A DNA stretch of 40,106 bases from an uncultured Victivallales bacterium (lineage in GTDB: Bacteria > Verrucomicrobiota > Kiritimatiellia > UBA8416 > JAIOPI01). Below, piece by piece: positions 9,706-19,473 of the stretch. Location: positions 1-40,106 of the forward strand of contig CAZWQJ010000004.1 of the NCBI GenBank assembly GCA_964635825.1, written 5' to 3'. Position numbers and translations under genes: made by a program. Position 1 is the first letter of the stretch; each line of letters begins with the position of its first letter. Under the pieces are notes generated by a model that saw only the letters and a program-made list of their open reading frames with translations, was not told where the DNA came from and did not search any database.

Positions 9706-10763
9706 GTCGCCTTTCCCTGCATGACGGTCGCCAATCCTTCGAGGAAGCGATCCATGTGCGTGTCCGTCGAAATCGTCACACGCAGAAACGCACCCGTCCG
9801 GCCCCCCGAAAACCAGCGCGTCACTATACCCATCCGGTGCAACGCTTCAAAGACTTCCTTTGCCGCACGCCCCGATGGCTGCATCCATAGAAAATTGGTC
9901 TGAGAAGGAAAGACGCGATGGCCGCGCGTCAGCAGCGCGGCCCGCACGCGCTCTCGAGTCGCTCGCACGCGCGCCGCATTCGCCTGCATATAGGGCAGAT
10001 CCGAGAGGGCAGCCAGGGCCACGCTCTGGCTGAACGCGTCCACATTGTAGGAATCCTTGATCTTGAGAAGCGCCCCTATCAGCGTCGCCGGCCCGATGGC
10101 ATAGCCCAGACGAAGGCCGGCCAGCGAGAACGATTTCGAGAGCGTGCGCGCCACCAGCACGTTCGGCCGCGTCCGGGCAAGATCCATCGCGTGGCGGTCG
10201 GCAAAGTCCACGTAGGCCTCGTCGATCACCACGACGCCCGTGAACCGGTCGCAAAACGCCTGGACCTCCGCCTCGGGAAACAGCATCCCGGTGGGCGCAT
10301 TCGGATTCGCCAGAAAGAAGAGGCTGCAGTCATTGTCCGGCGGATCGCACCATTCGAAGTCAGCCCCCAGCGCGACTGGGGCTCGTACGGCCTCATCGAT
10401 ATCGGCCAGCACCGGGTAGAGCGAGTAGCTCGGGTCAAAGTAGCCGATCCGCCCGCCATGCTCCGTAAATACACGCGTACACAGCGCCAACACCTCGTCG
10501 GATCCGTTGCCGACAAAGACACAGTCCTCGCCAACTTGGTGAAGCTCCGCGAGCCGCCGCCGCAGCCCACTGCAGACCGGATCCGGATAGCGCCGCAAAT
10601 CCTCCAGCGAGAATGCCTGGATCGCCTCCAGCACCCGCGGCGAGGCCGGATACGGATTCTCGTTCGTGTTGAGCTTGATCACCGACGGATCACGCGGTTG
10701 CTCACCCGGCGTGTAGGCCGTCAGTGCCGACACCGATGCTCGTATGCGCGCACTCATGCTCAC
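9702..10763 (-). CDS. hisC: Histidinol-phosphate aminotransferase
   Basis: KLNTNENPY, GNGSDEVL, NPNAPTG, DEAYVDF and the PLP lysine motif RTLSKSFSLAGLRLG. Lies between hisD and hisB with 4-nt overlaps. Confidence 0.96.
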   Translation of the reverse strand: MSMSARIRASVSALTAYTPGEQPRDPSVIKLNTNENPYPASPRVLEAIQAFSLEDLRRYPDPVCSGLRRRLAELHQVGEDCVFVGNGSDEVLALCTRVFTEHGGRIGYFDPSYSLYPVLADIDEAVRAPVALGADFEWCDPPDNDCSLFFLANPNAPTGMLFPEAEVQAFCDRFTGVVVIDEAYVDFADRHAMDLARTRPNVLVARTLSKSFSLAGLRLGYAIGPATLIGALLKIKDSYNVDAFSQSVALAALSDLPYMQANAARVRATRERVRAALLTRGHRVFPSQTNFLWMQPSGRAAKEVFEALHRMGIVTRWFSGGRTGAFLRVTISTDTHMDRFLEGLATVMQGKAT

Positions 10764-12067
10764 GGAAACCGCAGGCGCGCGGATCGCGCGTGCGCTTCCA
10801 AACCCTCCATCGCCCCAAAGGCTTCAATCACGGGCAGCGACCGCTTCAGATCGCCCCGGGTCAACTCAATCACACTGCTGCGCCGGCGAAAATCATCCAC
10901 CGTCAGCCCCGAGAACAAGGCGGCCGCTCCACCCGTGGGCAACACATGGCTCGGCCCGGCCACAAAATCCCCGGCGGACTCCGGCGTCCATGGCCCGAGA
11001 AACACGGCGCCCGCACAACGAATACGCGGCAGCAGCCGGCGCGGTTGGCGCACCAGCAGTTCCAGATGTTCCGGCGCAAAACGGTTGCAGAGCGCAATGG
11101 CGTCATCAAGCGTCGGCGTCACCGTCAGCAGGATCCCGCCGGCGTCGATCACCCGATGCACCGCCGCCGCACGCGGCAGCGTCGCCAGTTGCTCATCCAG
11201 GGCCTTCCGCACGGCGTCGGCATGGCGACGCGATGTGGTGATCAACAGCGCCTTCTCCCAACCCGTCCCGTGCTCGGCTTGCGAAAGCAGGTCGGCCGCC
11301 GCATAGGCCGCCGGCACAGACCCGTCGCTCAAGACGGCAATTTCGCTGGGCCCCGCCACCAGATCGAGCGCCACCTGCCCATAGACCAGTCGCTTCGCGG
11401 CGGTCACGTACGGACCTCCGGGCCCGACAATCTTCTGCACCTTCGGGATCCCTTTGGTCCCATAGGCCATGAGACCGATCGCCTGGATGCCACCCACGCG
11501 ATAGAGCTGCGTCGCGCCTGCCGCTTCCAGCGCATAGATCAGCTTCGGGTTCACACGCCCTTCGCGATCGCACGGCGTGCACGCCACAATCTCACGCACG
11601 CCAGCCACCTGCGCCAGTGTGCACGTCATCAGAGCTGTCGACACCAGCGGCACCTGCCCGCCAGGCACATACACGCCGACGCGCTCATAAGGGACAAATT
11701 TCTCGCCAAGGCGGCCCCCGCCCGGGCTGCGCATGGACCAGTCGCGCTTCAATCCGGCCCGGGCAAAGGCGGCAATCCGCGCCCGCGCCGCCAGGATCGC
11801 GCGGCGATCGGAAGGGCGGATTTCACGGCGGGCCAAAGCCCGATCCCGCTCCGGGATCGCCCACGCGCGCGGTGCCAGCGTCACACCATCAAACTCCCGC
11901 ATGTAACGCGCCATCGCGGCGGCGCCTTCACGGCGGATCGCGTCCAGAACACGACGCGCCACCGATTCTGCCTTGGGGTCGAAGGCGGGCCGCTGGAGAA
12001 AAGACTCCACCACCGCCACCCGCGCACCCGCTTTCCATGTTGCCAACCGAATTGCCATGCCCCGCAT
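10760..12067 (-). CDS. hisD: Histidinol dehydrogenase
   Basis: VGVYVPGG, GGIQAIG, KIVGPGG, AGPSE, DLLSQAEH, APEHLE, ESAGDF, HVLPTGG and GLEAHA. Confidence 0.96.
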   Translation of the reverse strand: MRGMAIRLATWKAGARVAVVESFLQRPAFDPKAESVARRVLDAIRREGAAAMARYMREFDGVTLAPRAWAIPERDRALARREIRPSDRRAILAARARIAAFARAGLKRDWSMRSPGGGRLGEKFVPYERVGVYVPGGQVPLVSTALMTCTLAQVAGVREIVACTPCDREGRVNPKLIYALEAAGATQLYRVGGIQAIGLMAYGTKGIPKVQKIVGPGGPYVTAAKRLVYGQVALDLVAGPSEIAVLSDGSVPAAYAAADLLSQAEHGTGWEKALLITTSRRHADAVRKALDEQLATLPRAAAVHRVIDAGGILLTVTPTLDDAIALCNRFAPEHLELLVRQPRRLLPRIRCAGAVFLGPWTPESAGDFVAGPSHVLPTGGAAALFSGLTVDDFRRRSSVIELTRGDLKRSLPVIEAFGAMEGLEAHARSARLRFP

Positions 12068-12073
12068 CTCCTT

Positions 12074-12793
12074 CTAGCCAGCCTCGCCCACGGCCGCGCG
12101 CCCACAACGCACCGTCACCCGACCACTTCGCGGCAGCCCCGGATCCGTCGTGGCCTCCATCAAAACACGCACCACGTCTTCGCGTGCAACCCCATCTCGC
12201 ACCGCCTCGATCACAAAGACATCGCGCACGCGCCCATCCGCAGCGCAGGTCACCTCACAGACCACCTGCCATGGACGCTCATCCGCTCCGAGCCGCGCCA
12301 GTGCGTCTGGAGGAACCTGAAAGCCGGCGGCCTGCAGCACCGTATCGATCTCCACCTCGCAACGCAGTACGTACCCGGTACCGGCCCGGTAGGGATCCAG
12401 ATAGGGCCAGCTCAGCTCATAGCCACTGAGGCGCCGACGCGCCTGTTCTCGCAGGGGCTGGCGATCTGCTTCCGGCGCTAACGTGGACGGCGTGAGATCC
12501 GCCGCCAGAAAGCGCGGCTGCGGCTGTAACGGCGCCGACGAAGTCGCCACCTCGGCGTCCATGCCCACCGACGCATCGGCCCTACGGTGCCGAAGAAAGA
12601 GCAGCGCATCGTCCCCACCCGCCGCCGGTACGCTTCCGACATACCGCACACGAGTCGTGGCCACTTCGGCGGTAGGGACCGGCGCGACCGACGGGCGCGG
12701 CCACATCGACCAGAGGCTCAGTGCCCCCACGACAATCAAGACGGTCATCAGTTCCACGCCGGGCCGCGTGTATCGATAACGGCGGTTCTTCAC
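12074..12793 (-). CDS. Single-TM periplasmic protein, putative divergent TonB/TolA-like energy transducer
   Basis: GTG start 1 nt after the exbD stop. Basic N-terminus, one TM (LMTVLIVVGALSLW), Pro/Ala-rich linker, and a C-terminal VVCEVTCAADGRVRDVFV...SGRVTV pattern resembling a TonB C-terminal fold. Directly follows exbB-exbD. Confidence 0.5.
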   Translation of the reverse strand: MKNRRYRYTRPGVELMTVLIVVGALSLWSMWPRPSVAPVPTAEVATTRVRYVGSVPAAGGDDALLFLRHRRADASVGMDAEVATSSAPLQPQPRFLAADLTPSTLAPEADRQPLREQARRRLSGYELSWPYLDPYRAGTGYVLRCEVEIDTVLQAAGFQVPPDALARLGADERPWQVVCEVTCAADGRVRDVFVIEAVRDGVAREDVVRVLMEATTDPGLPRSGRVTVRCGRAAVGEAG

Positions 12794-12794
12794 G

Positions 12795-13316
12795 TTATCG
12801 CCCACCCTGCCCCGCCGCCGTCCGCACGGTCGGATCGCGTGTGGCCACATTCACCTCGTTCAGTCCGATCGTACGCGCCATCGCGAACAGCCGCACCAGC
12901 GTCCCGTGCAGGACCCGCGCGTCCGCTTCCAGCGTGAGAATCCCCGTGGGGCCCTGCCCCACGAACCGCGCCAGATCGCGCTGCAGCAAGTCCATCTGCT
13001 TCACGTTGGCGACTCGGTAGCGCTGGTCATTGAAAACCACGACCTCTTCGCGGGATCCGCTTTGGGCGGTTTCAAGAGAGAGGACCACCGCCACCAACCC
13101 GGGGCGCGTACCCCCCTGGGTCGGCACGCGCGGTAGCTCAATGCTCACGCCGGGCTCGATCACATAGCTGTTCTTCAGCAGTACAAAGAACACCACCAGC
13201 AGCACCAGGTCCAACCATGGCGCCATGCTGAGTACTCCCTGACCCAGCCGGCTGCGCGGCACATAGCGCGTGCGCAGCCCGCTGACGGGTTCAGCGCGTT
13301 CCCGGCGTTGCCACAT
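12795..13316 (-). CDS. exbD: ExbD/TolR family biopolymer transport protein
   Basis: TM motif MAPWLDLVLLVVFF with the conserved Asp, IELP, and C-terminal LEADARVLHGTLVRLFAMARTIG. ATG 13316 is preceded by GGAG. Confidence 0.85.
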   Translation of the reverse strand: MWQRRERAEPVSGLRTRYVPRSRLGQGVLSMAPWLDLVLLVVFFVLLKNSYVIEPGVSIELPRVPTQGGTRPGLVAVVLSLETAQSGSREEVVVFNDQRYRVANVKQMDLLQRDLARFVGQGPTGILTLEADARVLHGTLVRLFAMARTIGLNEVNVATRDPTVRTAAGQGGR

Positions 13317-13956
13317 GCTCTCCGCTCCCGGCGCCGGCGGCCTGCGCGCGATATCGCCCCAGAAACGCCAGCGTCTCCGAGGACGCCCGTTCCATATCCA
13401 CCACAATTCGATCGATCTTCACGACCAGAAGGTTGAACGCGACATAGCACGGAATGGCCACGCATAGCCCCGCCGCCGTGGTCAACAGTGCTTCGCGCAA
13501 CCCTGCCAGCACGTCGGCCGATTGGATCAGCGGCACCTGGCTCTCCATCGCCACCAGCGAATTCAACATGCCCAAAATGGTTCCCAGTAGTCCCAGCAGC
13601 GGCGCGATCTGCCCCGCCAGCGAGACCACCACCAACCGCCGCTCCATCCGCGAGATCTCCGCGCGACCCGCCTCCACCATCGCCTCACGCACCGCTTCGC
13701 GCTCCTCGTGCCGGTGCAAAATCGCCGTCTTCACCACGTACGCCACTGGCCCCGGCGTCTCATCGCAAATCGTCACCGCTTCCGTGATATTCTCGCGGCC
13801 GACCACGTTGAAAATTCCCTTCAAAAAATCGTCGGCCAGAATTCGGGCTCGATGCAGATGCAGGGAGCGCTCGATGAACACCACGAGCGCGATCAGCCCG
13901 CACACGATAATAACCCCCATCATGGGGCCGCCCTGTTGAATCCATTCGCCTAACAT
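13291..13956 (-). CDS. exbB: MotA/TolQ/ExbB proton channel family protein
   Basis: QGGPMM first TM, APLLGLLGTILGM and EALLTTAAGLCVAIP. ATG 13956 is preceded by GGAGG. Confidence 0.92.
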   Translation of the reverse strand: MLGEWIQQGGPMMGVIIVCGLIALVVFIERSLHLHRARILADDFLKGIFNVVGRENITEAVTICDETPGPVAYVVKTAILHRHEEREAVREAMVEAGRAEISRMERRLVVVSLAGQIAPLLGLLGTILGMLNSLVAMESQVPLIQSADVLAGLREALLTTAAGLCVAIPCYVAFNLLVVKIDRIVVDMERASSETLAFLGRYRAQAAGAGSGEHVATPGTR

Positions 13957-14002
13957 GCCCGAACCCTCCGCGGGCGCCGCCGGTCGCGCCCCGCCCACAC
14001 GT

Positions 14003-16558
14003 TCAGTAAAACTCCCACCAGTGCTGGGCCCGGATCGTCCGGATGCGCTCTTGGATGCCAGCCTCGTCGGGCAGGCCCGCGCTCAGCGCACGCTCCAGCA
14101 CATTCACCACCTTCTTCCACTCCTGGCGCGCCTCGAAAATATCCGCCAAGTCGCGCGCGGCACGAACAAACCACATGCGGGCGGACTCGCTCTGCACACC
14201 CGCCGCACGCGTTCGCTCGAGGAACGGAGTCATGACACTGCGGTACAGTTGCTCAATCGCCGCGTCTGTGCGATCCAGCTTCTGCAGGCAGCGCCCAATC
14301 TTATACTCGGCCTCCAGCCGAAGGTCCACCGTCGCGATCGGATGGCCCGCCCCCGCCGTGTACGCGTTGATGGCCGTCTCGTAGCGGGCCGGCTCCTCGA
14401 GCCCCAATAGAAATTGGCAGTCCCCCAGCCGCAGCCACGTCTCCGGGATCAGCGCGGAGGCTGGCGCGCGGTTCACCACCTCCTGGTAAGCCAGGATCGC
14501 TTCGGGATACTTGCCGAGAGCCGCCAGCGCGTTACCCTGCTCGAAGCGCGCCTCCGGAAGCCGTGCGCCGCTGGGGAACAGGCGCAACTGCGTATTCAGC
14601 AACTCGAGCGCCCGCAGGTACTCCTCCTGGCTCGCCGTCGCCCGGGCGGCCCAGAGCAGGGCCGTCTCGCACTCGGGTGCCCCGCGGTGCAACGTCGAAA
14701 ACTCGGTGAACAAGCGCTCCGCCTCCCCGTAGTCGCCGGCGTTGAACGCGCGTTGCCCCAGCCAAAAGCGCATGCGCGGCGTCAGCGGTGCCGCCGGATG
14801 ATCCGCCAGAAAATGCTGGCCCCCGGCGATGGCCGCCGCCGTGTTCCCCAGCATGTACTCGCACATGACCACGTGGAAGGCCGCCTCATCCGCCTGCGGC
14901 CCGCCGGCAAAGCGCCGCTCCAGTTCGCGAAAATCGGCAAGCGCCTCCGCATAGCGCAGCAACCGGTAGCGGATCAAGCCACGCCCCAGCCACGCGTCCG
15001 CCACCAGAACCCCGTTCGTCGACTGCTCAATCATCGTCGTATAGGATCCCTCCGCCGCCCCCAATGAGCCCGTTGCCTCTCGCAACTGGGCAAGCCGCAG
15101 CAGGCTCTCATCCGCTAGCGGCGTGCCGGGATAGTCCTCGGCTATTCGCAGATAGGTCGACTCCGCCGCATCCGCATTGCCCCCGAGCGCGTAGCACTGC
15201 GCGGCCTGGTACAGCGCCATCGGCACCAGCGTCGATTCCGGATACTCCCGTATCAACCGCTCGTACGTGTCGCGCGCCAGGTTGTACTGCGCATTCGTGA
15301 ACACCGCATCGCCCGCCTTGAACAGGCAGACTTGCCGGTCCTGCGCATTCGTGAAGGAGCCATACGCCTTCTCAAAGGCTGCCGCCGATTCCGTGAAGCG
15401 CTCCAACCCCAGCAGAGCCCACCCGCGGCCACGATGCGCCTCCGCAACCCCGTCCGTGTTCGTAAACGATTCCAGGTAGTACTGATAGGCCGCATCAGCC
15501 TCCGCCGGGCGACGCCCGCTCAACAGCGCCTGCGCCACCGCCAGCTGCGCCTCCGCCGCCCGCGGATGATCCGGGACTGACGTCACGAACTGCCGCAAGA
15601 GCGAGAGCCCCTCATCCAACCGCCCCATCGCCAGGTAAAGCAATCCCAGCCGCCGGCTGCCGCGCAGGATCAACTCATTCCCGCGTGCGACCGCCAACCC
15701 CTTGTTGAGCGCGTTGGCCGCGCCCGAACGATCCCCCATGCCCAATCTCGCCTGCGCCAGCCCGAACCACGCCTCGGCCACCAGATCCGGATCCCCGAGA
15801 TCCTGGTAGACCAGCCCTTCCATCAGTTCCACGGCCTCACGCGCGCGACCCTGATCCAGCAGGATGCGCGCGCGCCAGTAGCCGGCGATCGCGTCGTGCC
15901 GCCGGTCCGTGCCCGGTGGCGGCATGCGCGTCAGCACCCGCTCGGCCTCCTCGATCCGTCCCGCGCTGATCAACATCTGCCCCCACTCCGACCGGTTGGC
16001 CGACACTTCAGGGGAACCGGGGTTCGCTTCCTCAAAGGCCTCGAACAGCTGCAGCGCCCCATCCACATCGCCCTCGTGCCAGCGACACCAGGCCTGGAGC
16101 CGCGTGGCGCTCGCCCGAAACGGACTGGTCGGATAGGCGCGGTCGAAGTTCTCCAATTCCTTCAGCACCTTGCGAGTCTCTTTGCGCTGGTACAGCGCCA
16201 TGGCCCGGCAAAACGCCTCGCCGCCGGGGACCGTTTCCCGCAGCAGGCGGCGGTTATCGTCGATGAAGGACAGCGCCGCTTCCGGTTGGCCACGCGCCAA
16301 CAGCGATCGCGTCAGCAACACCAGCGCATCGGCGGCGTGCGCGGGATCGGCCCCCTGCTCCCACACCGCGCGCAGGTATCCCAGAAGCTCCGCCTCCGCC
16401 ACTTGCAGCAGCCCGTCCTCGTAGGCGGCCAGGCCGGCACGCCAGCGCGGGGCGCCCACGTCTTCTCGTGGTGCCGCCGCAAGCCCCACGCGGGTCAGCG
16501 CCAGCACCAGCATCAGTCCCGCCAGCAGGCGCGGAGTCTTCAGGCTGCACCCATTCAC
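14003..16558 (-). CDS. Exported long tetratricopeptide-repeat protein (YbgF/BamD-type TPR repeats)
   Basis: Signal-like N-terminus (LLAGLMLVLALTRVGLAA) followed by many helical repeats of the type A..Y..L...YP.S...A (e.g. YERLIREYPESTLVPMALY, YLRIAEDYPGTPLADESL). Ends in WWEFY. Confidence 0.85.
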   Translation of the reverse strand: MNGCSLKTPRLLAGLMLVLALTRVGLAAAPREDVGAPRWRAGLAAYEDGLLQVAEAELLGYLRAVWEQGADPAHAADALVLLTRSLLARGQPEAALSFIDDNRRLLRETVPGGEAFCRAMALYQRKETRKVLKELENFDRAYPTSPFRASATRLQAWCRWHEGDVDGALQLFEAFEEANPGSPEVSANRSEWGQMLISAGRIEEAERVLTRMPPPGTDRRHDAIAGYWRARILLDQGRAREAVELMEGLVYQDLGDPDLVAEAWFGLAQARLGMGDRSGAANALNKGLAVARGNELILRGSRRLGLLYLAMGRLDEGLSLLRQFVTSVPDHPRAAEAQLAVAQALLSGRRPAEADAAYQYYLESFTNTDGVAEAHRGRGWALLGLERFTESAAAFEKAYGSFTNAQDRQVCLFKAGDAVFTNAQYNLARDTYERLIREYPESTLVPMALYQAAQCYALGGNADAAESTYLRIAEDYPGTPLADESLLRLAQLREATGSLGAAEGSYTTMIEQSTNGVLVADAWLGRGLIRYRLLRYAEALADFRELERRFAGGPQADEAAFHVVMCEYMLGNTAAAIAGGQHFLADHPAAPLTPRMRFWLGQRAFNAGDYGEAERLFTEFSTLHRGAPECETALLWAARATASQEEYLRALELLNTQLRLFPSGARLPEARFEQGNALAALGKYPEAILAYQEVVNRAPASALIPETWLRLGDCQFLLGLEEPARYETAINAYTAGAGHPIATVDLRLEAEYKIGRCLQKLDRTDAAIEQLYRSVMTPFLERTRAAGVQSESARMWFVRAARDLADIFEARQEWKKVVNVLERALSAGLPDEAGIQERIRTIRAQHWWEFY

Positions 16559-19389
16559 GTCAGCATGTCCTTTAAATGGCGTCCGGTGTGCGAGGCCTCG
16601 CAGGCCGCTACCGTCTCCGGAGTTCCACTCACCACCAATGCCCCTCCCTCATCGCCACCTTCAGGGCCAAGATCAATGATATAGTCCGCTTCGCGAATAA
16701 CATCCAGATGATGTTCCACCACGACCACCGTATTTCCGGCGTCGCGCAGGCGCTTCAAGACCGCGAGCAGCCGCTGGACATCCGCAAAGTGGAGCCCGGT
16801 GGTGGGCTCATCCAGCACGTACAACGTTCGCCCCTCGGAGCGCTTGCTCAGTTCCGCCGCCAGCTTGATCCGTTGCGCTTCGCCGCCGGAAAGCGTGGTT
16901 GCGGACTGCCCCAACTGCAGATACCCAAGCCCCACCTCCGAAAGCGTGCGCAGCTTTCGCTCCATGGATGGCACCGGGCGGAACACCTCCAGTGCTTCAT
17001 CGATGGTCATGGCGAGCACGTCCGCTATCGTGCGACCATGGTAGCGCACCTGGAGCGTCTCGCTGTTGTAGCGCAGCCCGCCGCAAGCCTCGCAAGGCAC
17101 GTAGACATCCGGCAGGAAATGCATCTCCAGCCGCAGCATGCCGTCACCTTTGCAGGTTTCGCAGCGGCCTCCCTTGACATTGAAGCTGTAGCGCCCCACG
17201 CCATAGCCACGCACCTTCGAGGCCGGCAACGCGGCGAACAGCGCGCGGATCAACCCGAAGGCGCCGGTATACGTGGCCGGGTTGCTGCGGGGGGTGCGCC
17301 CGATCGGCGCCTGGTCGATCACGATGGCTCCATCGAGGTATTCGAGCCCGGTGATGCGATCATGCGCCCCGGGCCGCTCGCGCGCCCGATAGAAGTGCTG
17401 CGCCAGCGCTCGCCGCAGAATGTCGTCCACCAGCGTGCTCTTGCCGCTCCCCGAGACACCGGTCACACACACCAGCAACCCGATCGGCACCGTCACGTCG
17501 ATGTTCTTGAGATTGTTCGCGCGGGCACCCTCCACGCGCAGCAACTGACCGCCCACCGGCTTGCGCAACGGCGCGTCGGTCTGCGTCGCTCCGGTCAGGT
17601 ACGCCGCCGTCGCAGAGCGCGGCGACGCCAGCACCTCCGCCAGAGTTCCCGACGCCACGATCTCTCCGCCGTGGCGCCCCGCGCCGGGACCCAGATCCAG
17701 GATGTAGTCGGCTTGCCGAATCATGGCCGCATCATGCTCCACCACGATCACCGTGTTGCCCAGATTGCGCAATTCCTTCAGGAGATGAATCAGCCGCTCC
17801 GTGTCGCGTGCATGCAGGCCCACCGTCGGCTCATCCAGCACGTACAGCACCCCCACCAGCCCGGACCCGATCTGCGTCGCCAGGCGGATACGCTGCAACT
17901 CACCGCCGGATAGCGTCGCACTTTCCCGGCTCAGCGTCAGATACTGCAGACCGACCTCATCCAGAAATCGCAGCCGTCGGCGGATTTCCGCCAGTACGTC
18001 GTCCGCGATGTGCGCCTCCAGCGGACTCAACGTCAACCCATCGAAGAAGGCCAGCGCCTGCCGCACGGAATCGTCCGTCACCTGCACGATCGACCGCCCC
18101 TCGATCGTGCACGCCAGCACTTCGGGACGTAGCCGGGCGCCGCGGCAATCCGGACACGGTCGCGGTGTCATGTAACGCCGCAGGCGCGTCCGCACATAGT
18201 TGCTTTCCGTCTCCAGCAGGCGGCGCATCAAATTCGGAATCACACCCTCGAAGACCCGCTTCTGGCGCCGGAATGTACCCTTGCTCCACGCGCCAATCTC
18301 GATTTCCTCGTCCCCGGAGCCATGCATCAGAAAGCGCCGGGCCGCCTCCGGCAACTCCGCGTAGGGCGTATCCATGCTGACGCCGCTGTGCACTGCCGCT
18401 GCCCGAAGCTGCCGCTTGAAATAGACGCTGAGCCGCCGCCCCATTCCCTTCCAGGCGTGGACCGCCCCCCGCTCCAGCGAGAGCGTCGGATCCGGCACAA
18501 TCAGCTTCTCATCCATCAGCATCTGCACGCCCAGCCCCGAACACGTCGGGCATGCCCCGTAGGGACTGTTGAATGAGAAGCTGCGCGGGGCAAGCTCCGC
18601 AAAGCTGATCCCACAGGGCACGCAAGCCTGCTTCTCGGAGTACACCGTCTCGCGCGGCTCCGCCCCCGGCTCCTGGATCAGCGCCAGCATGACCCCCTCG
18701 CCGCGCTCCAGCGCGGTCTCCACCGAATCCGTCAGGCGCGAGCGGATTGTGGGGGCCACCACCAGGCGGTCCACGACAACCTCGATCGAATGGGCCTGGC
18801 GCGCGTTCAGCGCCGGCACATCCTCCAATTCACGCACCTCGCCATCGATGCGCGCGCGGATGAAGCCCTGCTTGCGCGCCGCGGCCAGGACCTCGCTGTG
18901 GTTGCCTTTGCGCCCACGAACCAGCGGCGCCAACAGCATCAGCCGCGATTGCACCGGCAGCGCCATCAGTTGCGTCACCATCTGCTCTGCACTCTGCTTC
19001 GCCACCGGCCGCCCGCACTTGGGGCAATGCCGCCGGCCCATGTGCGCAAACAGCAGGCGCAAATAGTCATGGATCTCCGTCGTCGTCGCCACAATCGAGC
19101 GCGGGTTCGACGCCGCCGTGCGCTGCTCGATCGCGATCGCCGGCGACAAGCCCTCGATGCTGTCCACCTCCGGCTTGTGCATCTGCTCCAGAAACTGCCG
19201 CGCGTACGGCGACACACTCTCCACGTAGCGCCGCTGGCCCTCCGCAAAAATCGTGTCAAACGCCAGCGAGGATTTGCCGGATCCGCTCAGGCCCGTGATC
19301 ACCGTCAGCCGGTTGCGCGGCAGGCGCACGGTCACGTTCTTCAGGTTGTGCTCACGGGCACCGACCACGACGATGTCTTGCGATTCCAT
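16555..19389 (-). CDS. uvrA: Excinuclease ABC subunit A
   Basis: GAREHNLKN, two Walker A motifs (TGLSGSGKSS, TGVSGSGKST), zinc fingers, LSGGELQRIRLATQIGS, GRTPRSNPATYTG and LSGGEAQRIKLA. Confidence 0.98.
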   Translation of the reverse strand: MESQDIVVVGAREHNLKNVTVRLPRNRLTVITGLSGSGKSSLAFDTIFAEGQRRYVESVSPYARQFLEQMHKPEVDSIEGLSPAIAIEQRTAASNPRSIVATTTEIHDYLRLLFAHMGRRHCPKCGRPVAKQSAEQMVTQLMALPVQSRLMLLAPLVRGRKGNHSEVLAAARKQGFIRARIDGEVRELEDVPALNARQAHSIEVVVDRLVVAPTIRSRLTDSVETALERGEGVMLALIQEPGAEPRETVYSEKQACVPCGISFAELAPRSFSFNSPYGACPTCSGLGVQMLMDEKLIVPDPTLSLERGAVHAWKGMGRRLSVYFKRQLRAAAVHSGVSMDTPYAELPEAARRFLMHGSGDEEIEIGAWSKGTFRRQKRVFEGVIPNLMRRLLETESNYVRTRLRRYMTPRPCPDCRGARLRPEVLACTIEGRSIVQVTDDSVRQALAFFDGLTLSPLEAHIADDVLAEIRRRLRFLDEVGLQYLTLSRESATLSGGELQRIRLATQIGSGLVGVLYVLDEPTVGLHARDTERLIHLLKELRNLGNTVIVVEHDAAMIRQADYILDLGPGAGRHGGEIVASGTLAEVLASPRSATAAYLTGATQTDAPLRKPVGGQLLRVEGARANNLKNIDVTVPIGLLVCVTGVSGSGKSTLVDDILRRALAQHFYRARERPGAHDRITGLEYLDGAIVIDQAPIGRTPRSNPATYTGAFGLIRALFAALPASKVRGYGVGRYSFNVKGGRCETCKGDGMLRLEMHFLPDVYVPCEACGGLRYNSETLQVRYHGRTIADVLAMTIDEALEVFRPVPSMERKLRTLSEVGLGYLQLGQSATTLSGGEAQRIKLAAELSKRSEGRTLYVLDEPTTGLHFADVQRLLAVLKRLRDAGNTVVVVEHHLDVIREADYIIDLGPEGGDEGGALVVSGTPETVAACEASHTGRHLKDMLT

Positions 19390-19473
19390 GGAAAGTCCTG
19401 GCCGGGTTCATTCACGGCCAACGCCACGGCCTCTGACGCCGGGCATCACGTGCGCCACCGGGGGGGGCCGTGC

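Noticed and set aside
7712-12481. Long plus-strand ORFs (452, 462 and 585 aa) opposite the his genes
   Set aside because: Shadow ORFs overlapping well-supported minus-strand genes, with no recognisable domains.
19390-19473. SOS box upstream of uvrA, and a G8 tract at 19460-19467
   Set aside because: No CTGT-N8-ACAG, GAAC-N4-GTTC or TGTTC-N4-GAACA site is visible. An intergenic G8 in GC-rich DNA is weak evidence for phase variation.
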